A DNA stretch of 24,497 nt. Source: a bacterium (GTDB lineage: Archaea > Thermoproteota > Nitrososphaeria > Nitrososphaerales > CADDZS01). The stretch covers positions 1 to 24,497 of the forward strand of contig DAIDAB010000004.1 of assembly GCA_027310845.1 (NCBI GenBank). The letters are read 5' to 3'. Under the pieces are notes generated by a model, which was given only the letters and a program-made list of their open reading frames with translations, had not been told where the DNA came from and ran no database searches. A program made the translations under genes and the position numbers. This document shows, piece after piece, positions 1 through 7,879 of the stretch. How positions within the stretch are numbered: position 1 is the first letter of the stretch; every line of letters begins with the position of its first letter.

Positions 1-1424
1 ATTTTGGTCGCGCCATTCCTCTTTCTAAAAGTTCCTACCCCAAGTGTCCAGAGTTTTTCCAGTTTGCCGTTCCCCGAGACAGATCCGTTCCCAATCACAA
101 TCCCGTTGGACTCTACGCGCCTCACGACCTCCCAAAGGCCAAGCAAAACTTCAATGTCTTCTTTGCTTGGTTTCGAAACAGACTCTACACTCAATTTGGA
201 GGGCGAGAGCTTGTTAGAATAGTCTGGAGCCTCTTGAACTAGAGCGAGACCCTGCACAAGTTTAAGGTCATATGGATAGTCTGATGGATTAGTGGTTTGA
301 ATGATCCTCATTTTCTTCTTCTGCTTTTCCTTCAGAATTTCAAGTGCCTCAGGTTCGTATCCCGGCGCAAGCACAATTTCAGTGTAGACAGAGTTGTCTT
401 GAACGCCTTCGTTTCTTCCGATAAGCTTCGCAGTTTCCACATCTACATTTCTATTGAGCACGGTCGTGTTTCCAAAGTCGGCCTCGGGGTCGCACTCATG
501 CGCCAATTTGTATGCGTTAGAGAGTGAAGTCGAAAAAGCGAATCCAGAAATCTGGCCGTGTTTCACCGTGGCCGCCGCTGCGTGCTCCTCGAAACCCTCG
601 AGAATCTCGTAGGCGCCCGCGATGTCAAGGTAGTTGTTGTAGGAGCGCACATCACCAAAAAGCTGCTTCCAGTCTGAGAGACCTCCACGAGCACCATTGA
701 CCGAATAGATCATCGCTCTTTGGTCCGGGTTTTCACCGTACTTTGGCGATTCAAATTGCCGTGCAGAAACGAAGTAGGAATCATGGAACTGCTTTTGCGG
801 GTAGAATCTTTTGCTCAACTCGTTGTAAATCGCGGTGTCATATCCTGCGACGATTTCAAAAGCTGCAACAGCCATCCGACGTCTGGTCTCAAGAGAAACT
901 GCGTTCTTTGTATCAAGTTCTAACGAGATCTCATTGTAAAAGCTCGGTGAGGGAACCACGCAGACAGACTCGTAGTTCTTGGCGGATGCTCTCACGATCG
1001 ACGGACCGCCGATGTCAATCATCTCAATGAGATCTTCTTCTTTGGATTCTCTCTGAGCTGTGGCCTCGAAGGCATAGAAATTGCATACCACCATGTCGAT
1101 TGTGGAGATTCCTTTTTCTCCGATCTGTCGCATATGGTCTTGGCTCGACTTGCGGGCGAGGATCCCTGCGAATATTTCGGGTTGTAGCGTCTTCACACGC
1201 CCATCTAGCATTTCGGGAAAGTGACCCACTCTCTCAAGCGGCATCGCATGCAGGCCGGCTTTCTCGATCGCGGCGAGAGTCCCACCAGTCGCAATCAATG
1301 AGACTCTGTGGTCAGCGAGTTTCCTCGCGAAATCTATGAGACCGAACTTGTCAAAAGTGCTCAAGAGCGCAGTTTTGATCTTGAGATCCTCAAGTTCTCC
1401 GCTAGGCTCGCTTTGCTTTTGCAT
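1..1424 (-). CDS. purH: Bifunctional AICAR transformylase/IMP cyclohydrolase (PurH); 3' end truncated by the window edge
   Basis: Manual minus-strand translation from ATG at 1424 stays open to position 3 (474 codons): MQKQSEPSGELEDLKIKTALLSTFDKFGL...IATGGT...FPEMLDGRVKTLQP...EMIDIGGPSIVRASAKN...KYGENPDQRA...SYNNYLD...TVKHG...EIVLAPGY. These are PurH motifs. Not in the supplied ORF track. Confidence 0.93.
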   Translation of the reverse strand, partial: MQKQSEPSGELEDLKIKTALLSTFDKFGLIDFARKLADHRVSLIATGGTLAAIEKAGLHAMPLERVGHFPEMLDGRVKTLQPEIFAGILARKSSQDHMRQIGEKGISTIDMVVCNFYAFEATAQRESKEEDLIEMIDIGGPSIVRASAKNYESVCVVPSPSFYNEISLELDTKNAVSLETRRRMAVAAFEIVAGYDTAIYNELSKRFYPQKQFHDSYFVSARQFESPKYGENPDQRAMIYSVNGARGGLSDWKQLFGDVRSYNNYLDIAGAYEILEGFEEHAAAATVKHGQISGFAFSTSLSNAYKLAHECDPEADFGNTTVLNRNVDVETAKLIGRNEGVQDNSVYTEIVLAPGYEPEALEILKEKQKKKMRIIQTTNPSDYPYDLKLVQGLALVQEAPDYSNKLSPSKLSVESVSKPSKEDIEVLLGLWEVVRRVESNGIVIGNGSVSGNGKLEKLWTLGVGTFRKRNGATK

Positions 1425-1668
1425 TCTCTCTGATCTGGATTCCGACTAGATCAGCTATTTATTCCAAAGGATTCCCTTTGTCATTTACTGTTGGAAATAA
1501 ATTTAGATACTGCCAAGCAACAAGGTGCCGTCATCAAAGGAGCAACTGGGATCATAGTCCGGCGAATTCGAACAGAGACATTACTCTATCTTCCAGTGCA
1601 CAAAGCGATCAACAATCCGCTGGATATGTCGTGACTAGTTGTAACTAAGAATAAAGAACTGATTACTA

Positions 1669-2346
1669 TTGAAGATCTATACCAGAACTGGAGACAAAGG
1701 TGAGACTAGCCTCTACGGAGGCAAGAGAGTACGGAAGGATAACCTTAGGGTAGAGGCCTATGGCGCAATTGATGAGACAAATGCTTCTCTCGGATTTGCG
1801 CGTGCAGCGATCCACGAAGGGTGCTCTGGATCAAGAGAAGTCCTGAACTATATCGACACTGTGCTGGAACCGGTCCAGAACAAACTCTTCGCCATCGGTG
1901 CTACGCTTTCTGGCTCTGAAGATCAGAACTATTCCGTGAAGGATACAGATATTGAGCTCTTGGAGAATTCAATTGACAAAATGGATGAAGAGGTGCAACC
2001 TGTGAAAGCGTTTATCTTGCCTTTTGGAACTGATCTTTGCGCTAGGCTCCACATTGCTAGAACGATTTCAAGGCGCGCCGAGAGGAGGATAGTTGCACTT
2101 TCAAATGCTGAGGAAATCGATCCGAAAATAATCGCATATACCAACAGGCTTTCAGACTTTCTCTTTACGCTTGCAAGATACGCTAACAAGGCACAGGGTG
2201 TGCCAGACATTCTCTGGAAGAAGGAGCAACGGGAGCCATCTCAACCCCAGCATGTGCAGCAGCAGCTCATGATGAAGATGGATGTCTCTACAACTGAGAC
2301 CAAATCTAACGGCAATGGCAACTCGCACGTAGCTGCACGTCAGTAA
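1669..2346 (+). CDS. pduO: ATP:cob(I)alamin adenosyltransferase, PduO type, with a ~40-aa low-complexity C-terminal tail
   Basis: N-terminal KIYTRTGDKGET, RVEAYGAIDE, LHIARTISRRAERR and NRLSDFLF motifs; TTG start. Confidence 0.93.
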   Translation: MKIYTRTGDKGETSLYGGKRVRKDNLRVEAYGAIDETNASLGFARAAIHEGCSGSREVLNYIDTVLEPVQNKLFAIGATLSGSEDQNYSVKDTDIELLENSIDKMDEEVQPVKAFILPFGTDLCARLHIARTISRRAERRIVALSNAEEIDPKIIAYTNRLSDFLFTLARYANKAQGVPDILWKKEQREPSQPQHVQQQLMMKMDVSTTETKSNGNGNSHVAARQ

Positions 2347-2358
2347 GAAACCCCGGCA

Positions 2359-3765
2359 TTACTTCGCAAGAGTTGGCTTCACAAACTCGCCGTACCCCTT
2401 CGCACCAACAACTACATCATAATCCTCCATGATCGGGCTTCCTCGAAGGAAGACCGTCTGTGGGGAACCTCTGACTTCTAGCCCATCCCATGGAGTCCAT
2501 CCGGTTTTACTGTATGCCTTTTCATTGGAAATTCTGTATCTGGCATTCATGTCCAGAATCACAAGATCTGCATCCGCGCCAACCTCGATCGCCCCCTTCC
2601 TTGGAAAGAACTGAGCGTGCTTCGCAGGGTTCTCACAGGCAAGTTTCACAAAAGTCTCTAGGTTCAACTTTCCTTTGTTGATCGCGTCGAGAAAGAGCCG
2701 CAAATAATCCTGTACAACCGGCGTTCCCTTTGGCGAGGAGAAAAAGTCGGCCTTGCCTTTTTCTAATTCTTCCGTTGTGTGTGGAGCGTGATCGGTTGCA
2801 ATAATGTCAACTGTTCCATCCTTCAAGAATTCGTAGATAGAGTCCTGCTCCTCGCCCTTCTGATAGATTCCATGGCTGAAAGGACCAAGCCTCTCGTTGT
2901 CCTCCCTTGATAGAAAGAGAGCAAAGGGGTTTATCTCGGTAGTGAACCTGTACCCTCCATGTTTTAGGGTGCGACTGAGTTCAAGCTGAGGTCTCCAACA
3001 CACGTGGGCTAGTCGCAGTTTCGCATTACACGAGTTGGCAATCATGACTAAAACAGCGCTTGAAGCCGTTAGTGTGAGGCTATCCTTGTATGAGTAGCAA
3101 TCGAGGTAGGCATTGATATCATGTCTTCCTCCCTTCTCTAAAATCTCCTCTTCTGCTTCCTTCCAGATTTCGGGTTCTAGAGGGTGCACGACGCATGGCA
3201 ATTCGGTCTTTGCTATCTCTTCAAAGGTTCGCATAATTTGTCCATAATCAACAATCGAGGTTTCCGGAAGATATGGATAGACTGGCTTTGCACTCTTCGG
3301 CACAACCATGAAAAACTTGAAGCCAACTGCGCCAAGCTCAGCGATACGCGGGATTTCCTCCAATTTTGTGGGAAGTGCCCAATGATTGAAATCGACCACT
3401 GCCTTTGACTTGCAGTCATTCATCTTGGATAGGAAGTTCAATGCGGTGTTAGGAAGGGGATTGAGGTTAGGCATGTCAACAATGGTTGTCACTCCTCCGG
3501 CAGCAGCAGCTTTGGTTGCGGTGAGAAAATCTTCCTTGTATGTGAAACCAGGATCCCGCGAGTGGACGTGAAGGTCGATGAGCCCTGGGATCAGGAACCT
3601 ATTTTCCGCATCAATTATACGTGAAGCGCCTTCGTGAGCTGACTTGGAGATTTCAAGAATCTTTCCATCCAAGATAGAGACCGATGTTTCGGCGAAGGTC
3701 CCACGATGCCAGACCTTGGCGCTCCTTATGGCGAGATCTGCTGATTTTTGTTGTGAGCTGCTCAG
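2359..3765 (-). CDS. Dihydroorotase/allantoinase-family cyclic amidohydrolase with a divergent active-site loop; probable CTG start at 3765 (first canonical start is TTG at 3672)
   Basis: PGLIDLHVHSRDPG, AAGGVTTIVDMPN, GFKFF (carboxylated Lys position), TDHAPH and GADADLVI. The frame continues upstream of 3672 as ...SSSQQKSADLAIRSAKVWHRGTFAETSVSILDGKI, the usual first beta-strands of this family. Confidence 0.85.
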   Translation of the reverse strand: MSSSQQKSADLAIRSAKVWHRGTFAETSVSILDGKILEISKSAHEGASRIIDAENRFLIPGLIDLHVHSRDPGFTYKEDFLTATKAAAAGGVTTIVDMPNLNPLPNTALNFLSKMNDCKSKAVVDFNHWALPTKLEEIPRIAELGAVGFKFFMVVPKSAKPVYPYLPETSIVDYGQIMRTFEEIAKTELPCVVHPLEPEIWKEAEEEILEKGGRHDINAYLDCYSYKDSLTLTASSAVLVMIANSCNAKLRLAHVCWRPQLELSRTLKHGGYRFTTEINPFALFLSREDNERLGPFSHGIYQKGEEQDSIYEFLKDGTVDIIATDHAPHTTEELEKGKADFFSSPKGTPVVQDYLRLFLDAINKGKLNLETFVKLACENPAKHAQFFPRKGAIEVGADADLVILDMNARYRISNEKAYSKTGWTPWDGLEVRGSPQTVFLRGSPIMEDYDVVVGAKGYGEFVKPTLAK

Positions 3766-3921
3766 CTTCCCACTCGTTCCTGAATGCCGAATAACAGATT
3801 GCTCTTTTAGACTTTGCCTGCGAAGGAGACTTACAAAAACATCAATGAATCGAGATGCTCATATAACTGCTCTCATTTGTAGCAAGGTTGAACGCACTCA
3901 TAGGGATTTGGAACACTGAAG

Positions 3922-4356
3922 TTGAAGGTTCAATCTGGACTTACGCTGGAAGAATTTCTGTCTCCAAAATTAGGCGGAAGCACGCTCACTGTGAGGAAGG
4001 TCTCAAAAGATGAACTGTACGCAGAGTCGGACGGGGTAATCCAGATCAACGTGAAAATTGACAGGAAAGCGAAAAAGCTGACTGAAGAGCTCTACTCTCC
4101 TAAATGGGGACGAAAGATCACAGTACAGCAGATAGACGGCGACGAATTCCTAGAATTGCATGCCGCGGAAGAGCTAGAGAAAGAAAACTTTGAAGAGATA
4201 GCTGAAGATGTGTTGCTGGCGCTTGATTTGATAAGATCCTGGGCCACAGCAAACAAGTTTGCAGTTGTTGATCAAGAGATCGAGCCTCCGAGTTTCGAGG
4301 AGATGGAACAAAAACCTGCGTCGAAGAACAGAAGCTCGAAAGCTTCAAGAGAGTAG
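3922..4356 (+). CDS. Hypothetical acidic protein, 144 aa
   Basis: Protein-like composition; fills the gap between a divergent gene and the co-oriented RNase Z-like gene; no recognisable motif. Confidence 0.7.
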   Translation: MKVQSGLTLEEFLSPKLGGSTLTVRKVSKDELYAESDGVIQINVKIDRKAKKLTEELYSPKWGRKITVQQIDGDEFLELHAAEELEKENFEEIAEDVLLALDLIRSWATANKFAVVDQEIEPPSFEEMEQKPASKNRSSKASRE

Positions 4357-4401
4357 GTGTCTCTCGTTTATGCGTCTTTTAGATCAAGCTGATGTGAGCA
4401 T

Positions 4402-5169
4402 TTGACATCTGTGAAATTCTTTGGAACGTCTGCCGCAGATCCGAGCAATAACAGAGGATTTGCTTGTATTGGTCTTGTCAATGGAGATGAAAATGACGTC
4501 ACACTTCTTGATTGCGGTGATGGATCTATCAGGAAACTGCTTGAGAACAATGTTGACGTTCTCTCAATTTCGAACATCTTGATTACGCATTACCACTCGG
4601 ATCATCTCAGTGGCCTGACTCAGATTGTGGAAACGATGGGCATCAAAAGAAGAACTTCTGTGTTGGGCTTGTACGGACCAGGGGGTCTTCACGAATATTT
4701 CTCCCTCATTCAGAAAACAACTAACGTAGCTGCGAACAGGAAATTCGAGATCAAAATAAACGAGATCAGCGCGGGCGAGAAGATCCAGATCGGGAATTAT
4801 TCAGTTTCTTCATTCTTGATGCAACATACAGTTCCATGCCTCGGGTACAGATTCGGAGGAAGAGATATTTCTCTTGCCTATACTGGGGACACCGAGCCGT
4901 GTGAAGGCTCGCTTGATCTAGCGAAAAATGTCGGACTATTGATTCACGAAGCTACTTTCCTAGAAAAGGATGTGGACAAGGCGCGACAAAGCAAACACTC
5001 AACCCCGAGAGAAGCCGCAAGGACTGCTAGAGATGCTTCAGCAAAGAAATTGATCTTGACTCATGTAAACGAGCAATGCGAAACGGAAGCGGAAATGCTG
5101 GCGGAGGCACATGGAATCCACAGTAACGTTTCAGTTGCGTACGACGGTTTGGAAGTGGATCTCTCTTAA
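4402..5169 (+). CDS. RNase Z/ElaC-family metallo-beta-lactamase hydrolase lacking the flexible arm (exosite)
   Basis: FGTSAADPSNNR, LDCGDG, THYHSDHLSG (HxHxDH), HTVPCLGY, YTGDT, LIHEATF, HST and LILTH. Only ~8 residues lie between GYRF and AYTGDT. Confidence 0.85.
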   Translation: MTSVKFFGTSAADPSNNRGFACIGLVNGDENDVTLLDCGDGSIRKLLENNVDVLSISNILITHYHSDHLSGLTQIVETMGIKRRTSVLGLYGPGGLHEYFSLIQKTTNVAANRKFEIKINEISAGEKIQIGNYSVSSFLMQHTVPCLGYRFGGRDISLAYTGDTEPCEGSLDLAKNVGLLIHEATFLEKDVDKARQSKHSTPREAARTARDASAKKLILTHVNEQCETEAEMLAEAHGIHSNVSVAYDGLEVDLS

Positions 5170-5234
5170 GGCTTAAAAACTGAAACAATGGTTTGCAAGT
5201 CGGTCACATCGCATTATTCGGCTTACTTTCTTCT

Positions 5235-5309
5235 GGGGTTGTGGTGTAGCTTGGTTAGCATTCCACCCTTGGGCGGTGGAGGTCTCAGGTTCGAATCCTG
5301 ACAACCCCA
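5235..5309 (+). tRNA. tRNA-Pro (anticodon TGG), intronless, CCA not encoded
   Basis: Acceptor stem GGGGTTG/CAACCCC, D-loop with GG, anticodon stem CCACC/GGTGG around loop CTTGGGC, T-arm TCAGG-TTCGAAT-CCTGA, discriminator A. Confidence 0.96.
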
Positions 5310-5479
5310 TTCGTCGTTTGAATCATGAGCGCACTAGCAATGATAAAGGTGTGCTTTGGCGATGACGCTTTCAGCTATGATAGCTCATCTGAAAATTGTT
5401 CCATTCTAGCCAGAATTTCCCACGGAGTCAGTTCATTTGTATCCTGAATCATCTCTTGCATGTGTAGCGGCTCAAGAGT

Positions 5480-5797
5480 ATGTCGCCGAGGATGACCAAC
5501 AGCAGGCCGGTCACAATCCTGCCATGGGAAGAATATTGCACAATGACAGAAGAGAAGAGCGCCTTAGTTCCAACCGGGGAATGCACTCCGATAAATCATT
5601 CTGTAAGAGAGCAGCTTTCCTATTACAAGAGATGGAAGAGAAAGCACTCCTATGGAATGAAACTGGCTGAATCTGCCTTCTCCTCCTTTAAGAGAACCTT
5701 CGGCGGATCAATCAAATCTATCAAATGGAAGAACATGGAAAACGAACTCCTCTTGAAAACGTCCAAATACAACGCGTTCATGCGGATGAATCCCTGA
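5480..5797 (+). pseudogene. C-terminal fragment of an IS5-family DDE transposase (IS remnant)
   Basis: RWKRKHSYGMKLAESAFSSFKRTFG...NELLLKTSKYN aligns by eye with the C-terminus of the intact transposase at 13861-14778 (WKKLKDYGKRWMAEIVFSSFKRVLG...EASLKVMLYN). The first two catalytic Asp motifs are not recognisable. Confidence 0.8.
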
Positions 5798-5881
5798 AAG
5801 TGTGCGAACATCTTGGCGCAGAATGCTCATTCATTCAGTGTTAAACAGAGCAATTAGACTCATATTATTAGGCGGTGATTG

Positions 5882-6094
5882 ATGGATTCTAGAATAGATT
5901 TGTCACGGGAGCTGTTCCTTATGCCGAGCAGTGAGCAATCTCATAAGTAGAGGATAAGCAATGGCTTTGGAGAGCTAGATACAGTAATTGCATTGAAACA
6001 AGCAGAAGCTACAATTCCTCAATTGAAACAATTAAAGCAATATATGATGTCCAAACAGAATGGCTTTCAATACAATTCTTGTTTTGCTCCCTAG
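5882..6094 (+). pseudogene. Possible small gene interrupted by one in-frame TAG (5948-5950)
   Basis: SD-like GGCGGTGA at 5871-5878 precedes ATG 5882. The frame gives 22 codons, TAG, then 47 more sense codons to TAG at 6092-6094. No homology recognised. Confidence 0.25.
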
Positions 6095-6196
6095 CTTTAT
6101 ATTTTCTCCCCCCTCTCTCGTGTTTCACCGCCGCGCGCATACACGTCCTTAAGGCATAACGATCCACAAAGAAATATCCAATTACTCAAAGTGACC

Positions 6197-7879
6197 CTAG
6201 ACGGCCGGGATCTGAGGGGCTTGCGGCTTCTTCCGATCTAGCCCGTAGGTCGCGGCCCTTTCCAAATTCAGGCCCCTCTTTCTGCAGATTGAAGAAACGA
6301 CGCGGAGCATCGCCTTTCCGCCGAGACCTATCAGAGCTCCAGTGCCGAGCTTTGAAATAATGCTGGGGTCCCTGCCGCTTCTTCCTCTAGCGAATGCGTC
6401 TCTACTTGCAAGTTTTGCTAGATGGCGGTAGGATGCATAATAGACTGCGAGTTGAGATTCATCTAGTGTTACTGATGCAAACTCCCTGTTCTTTGTGAGT
6501 CCTAGAGGTACGTTTTGCATCGGAGTGATTGTGAATTCAAATGGCCTCCCGTCGACCTCGGAGTCGCTCATTTGGTTGATCAAAGCTACTGTCTCCCAAT
6601 TATCTTCTGGAGTCTCACTTGCCTGTCCAACTTGAATAGTGAACGCTGGCCTCCAGTAGTACTTGTTCATCACATATGTACCCTGCCAGACAATCTCCTG
6701 CCACGAACCGTCAGGTCCTATCTTAAGTGGAAGAGTCTTGTTCGGCATGTGAATTCTTGCTAATCGGTCACTGCCAGTCTCGACCCCGACCTGGAGTCCT
6801 ATCCAGTTGTTTGGCCCCGCTTTGATTATTTCTGATATCCTCTTCAAAAGTTCTGGATACGCCGCAGGAATGGAAATCCTCCCATGTGTCGGGTTGGAGT
6901 GCAGGATTCCCTTTGTCTGCATCACATATGTCATGAGCTCTTCAATCGCTTCAGCGTTTGGAACGAAATTCCTCCCATGATTGAACGCGAAAATCTCATC
7001 GCTGTGAAGCCAAGCATGATTAATCCCTGCTCTAACGTTGACCTCAAGTTCCTTTCTGACTTTTTCTGGAGGATAGTATCTGAGGGGCCTGAGTGTCACC
7101 TCACAAAAATCGCATCCAATTCCACATCCTCGCATGACTTCAACCATGCCTTTGACCGTTGGATTGACAATCTCAGGAATGTCTTCCAGCTTTGGAAATT
7201 GTCTTGAGAATTGGTAGCGGGATACAAATTTCGGGTTTCCAACGAATTGCTTGTGGAAACTAGCATCGAAGGTCTGGAAGCCTCTGTAGAATTCGTTTTT
7301 CTGCGAGGAATCTTGAGTTAGATATCTGAACAAATCGCAAATGATGTCGTCTGTTTCGCCTTGAAAAGCGTAGTCGATGTTTAATGTATCCAGTTCTTCA
7401 GGCCGAATTGTGAGTTCCCACACACCAGGTCCTCCTACAACGAGCTTCGCTTTCTTCCCTGCCCTGATTCTGTTGATCTTACGCATTAAGGCATTGAACT
7501 CTTCGTGAACATAAGCAGGGGCATCGGTCTGGAAGAAGACAGAGTAGGACATTGTCAGCGGAGCCAGTCCTAGCGGGTCCATCGTTGTAACGCCGATAAG
7601 TTCGGTATCCGCATCCACGAATTCCTCGATATGGTCTTCATGCGCCACGACAATCTCATCAGAGCTATACTCTCGAAGAAGCGAGGCTTCCACTTTTCTC
7701 AGAGCATAGGGCGCAAACTTGGCTCTCCCATTTTCCTGTGGGGGTGGACGTCCTTTAAGATACTTGTAAACTCTGTTTGGAAGTCCGCTTGTAGGAGCGC
7801 TTGGCAGGAAATCGAGAAGTGGGAAATTCCGATAATCATGGGAAAGGGTAGTATCAGAGACTAGCACATACTTGGCCAT
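6197..7879 (-). CDS. Radical SAM protein with an N-terminal B12-binding-like domain; resembles archaeal GDGT ring synthase (Grs)-type lipid-modifying enzymes
   Basis: EVMRGCGIGCDFC (CxxxCxxC), VVGGPGVW, APYALRKVEA, MDPLG and GVETGS. The radical SAM call is secure. The Grs assignment is recalled family resemblance only. Confidence 0.85.
   Translation of the reverse strand: MAKYVLVSDTTLSHDYRNFPLLDFLPSAPTSGLPNRVYKYLKGRPPPQENGRAKFAPYALRKVEASLLREYSSDEIVVAHEDHIEEFVDADTELIGVTTMDPLGLAPLTMSYSVFFQTDAPAYVHEEFNALMRKINRIRAGKKAKLVVGGPGVWELTIRPEELDTLNIDYAFQGETDDIICDLFRYLTQDSSQKNEFYRGFQTFDASFHKQFVGNPKFVSRYQFSRQFPKLEDIPEIVNPTVKGMVEVMRGCGIGCDFCEVTLRPLRYYPPEKVRKELEVNVRAGINHAWLHSDEIFAFNHGRNFVPNAEAIEELMTYVMQTKGILHSNPTHGRISIPAAYPELLKRISEIIKAGPNNWIGLQVGVETGSDRLARIHMPNKTLPLKIGPDGSWQEIVWQGTYVMNKYYWRPAFTIQVGQASETPEDNWETVALINQMSDSEVDGRPFEFTITPMQNVPLGLTKNREFASVTLDESQLAVYYASYRHLAKLASRDAFARGRSGRDPSIISKLGTGALIGLGGKAMLRVVSSICRKRGLNLERAATYGLDRKKPQAPQIPAV

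Noticed and set aside
4-1339. Plus-strand ORFs 4-222, 297-527, 720-923, 743-1030 and 1100-1339
   Set aside because: Antisense shadows of the minus-strand purH, which has clear motifs.
1520-1600. Possible cobalamin riboswitch upstream of the adenosyltransferase (GGTGC...AAAGGAG...CCGG)
   Set aside because: Lacks the GGGAA, GCAACTGT and B12-box elements, and this riboswitch class is not established in archaea. A covariance-model search would settle it.
1491-1634. 47-aa TTG ORF (MEINLDTAKQQGAVIKGATGIIVRRI...) upstream of pduO
   Set aside because: Short, no recognisable motif or SD, and within a divergent promoter region; unsupported without homologues.
5288-5309. tRNA-Pro 3' end as attL of an integrated element
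   Set aside because: No duplicate of the tRNA 3' end and no integrase seen in the window.
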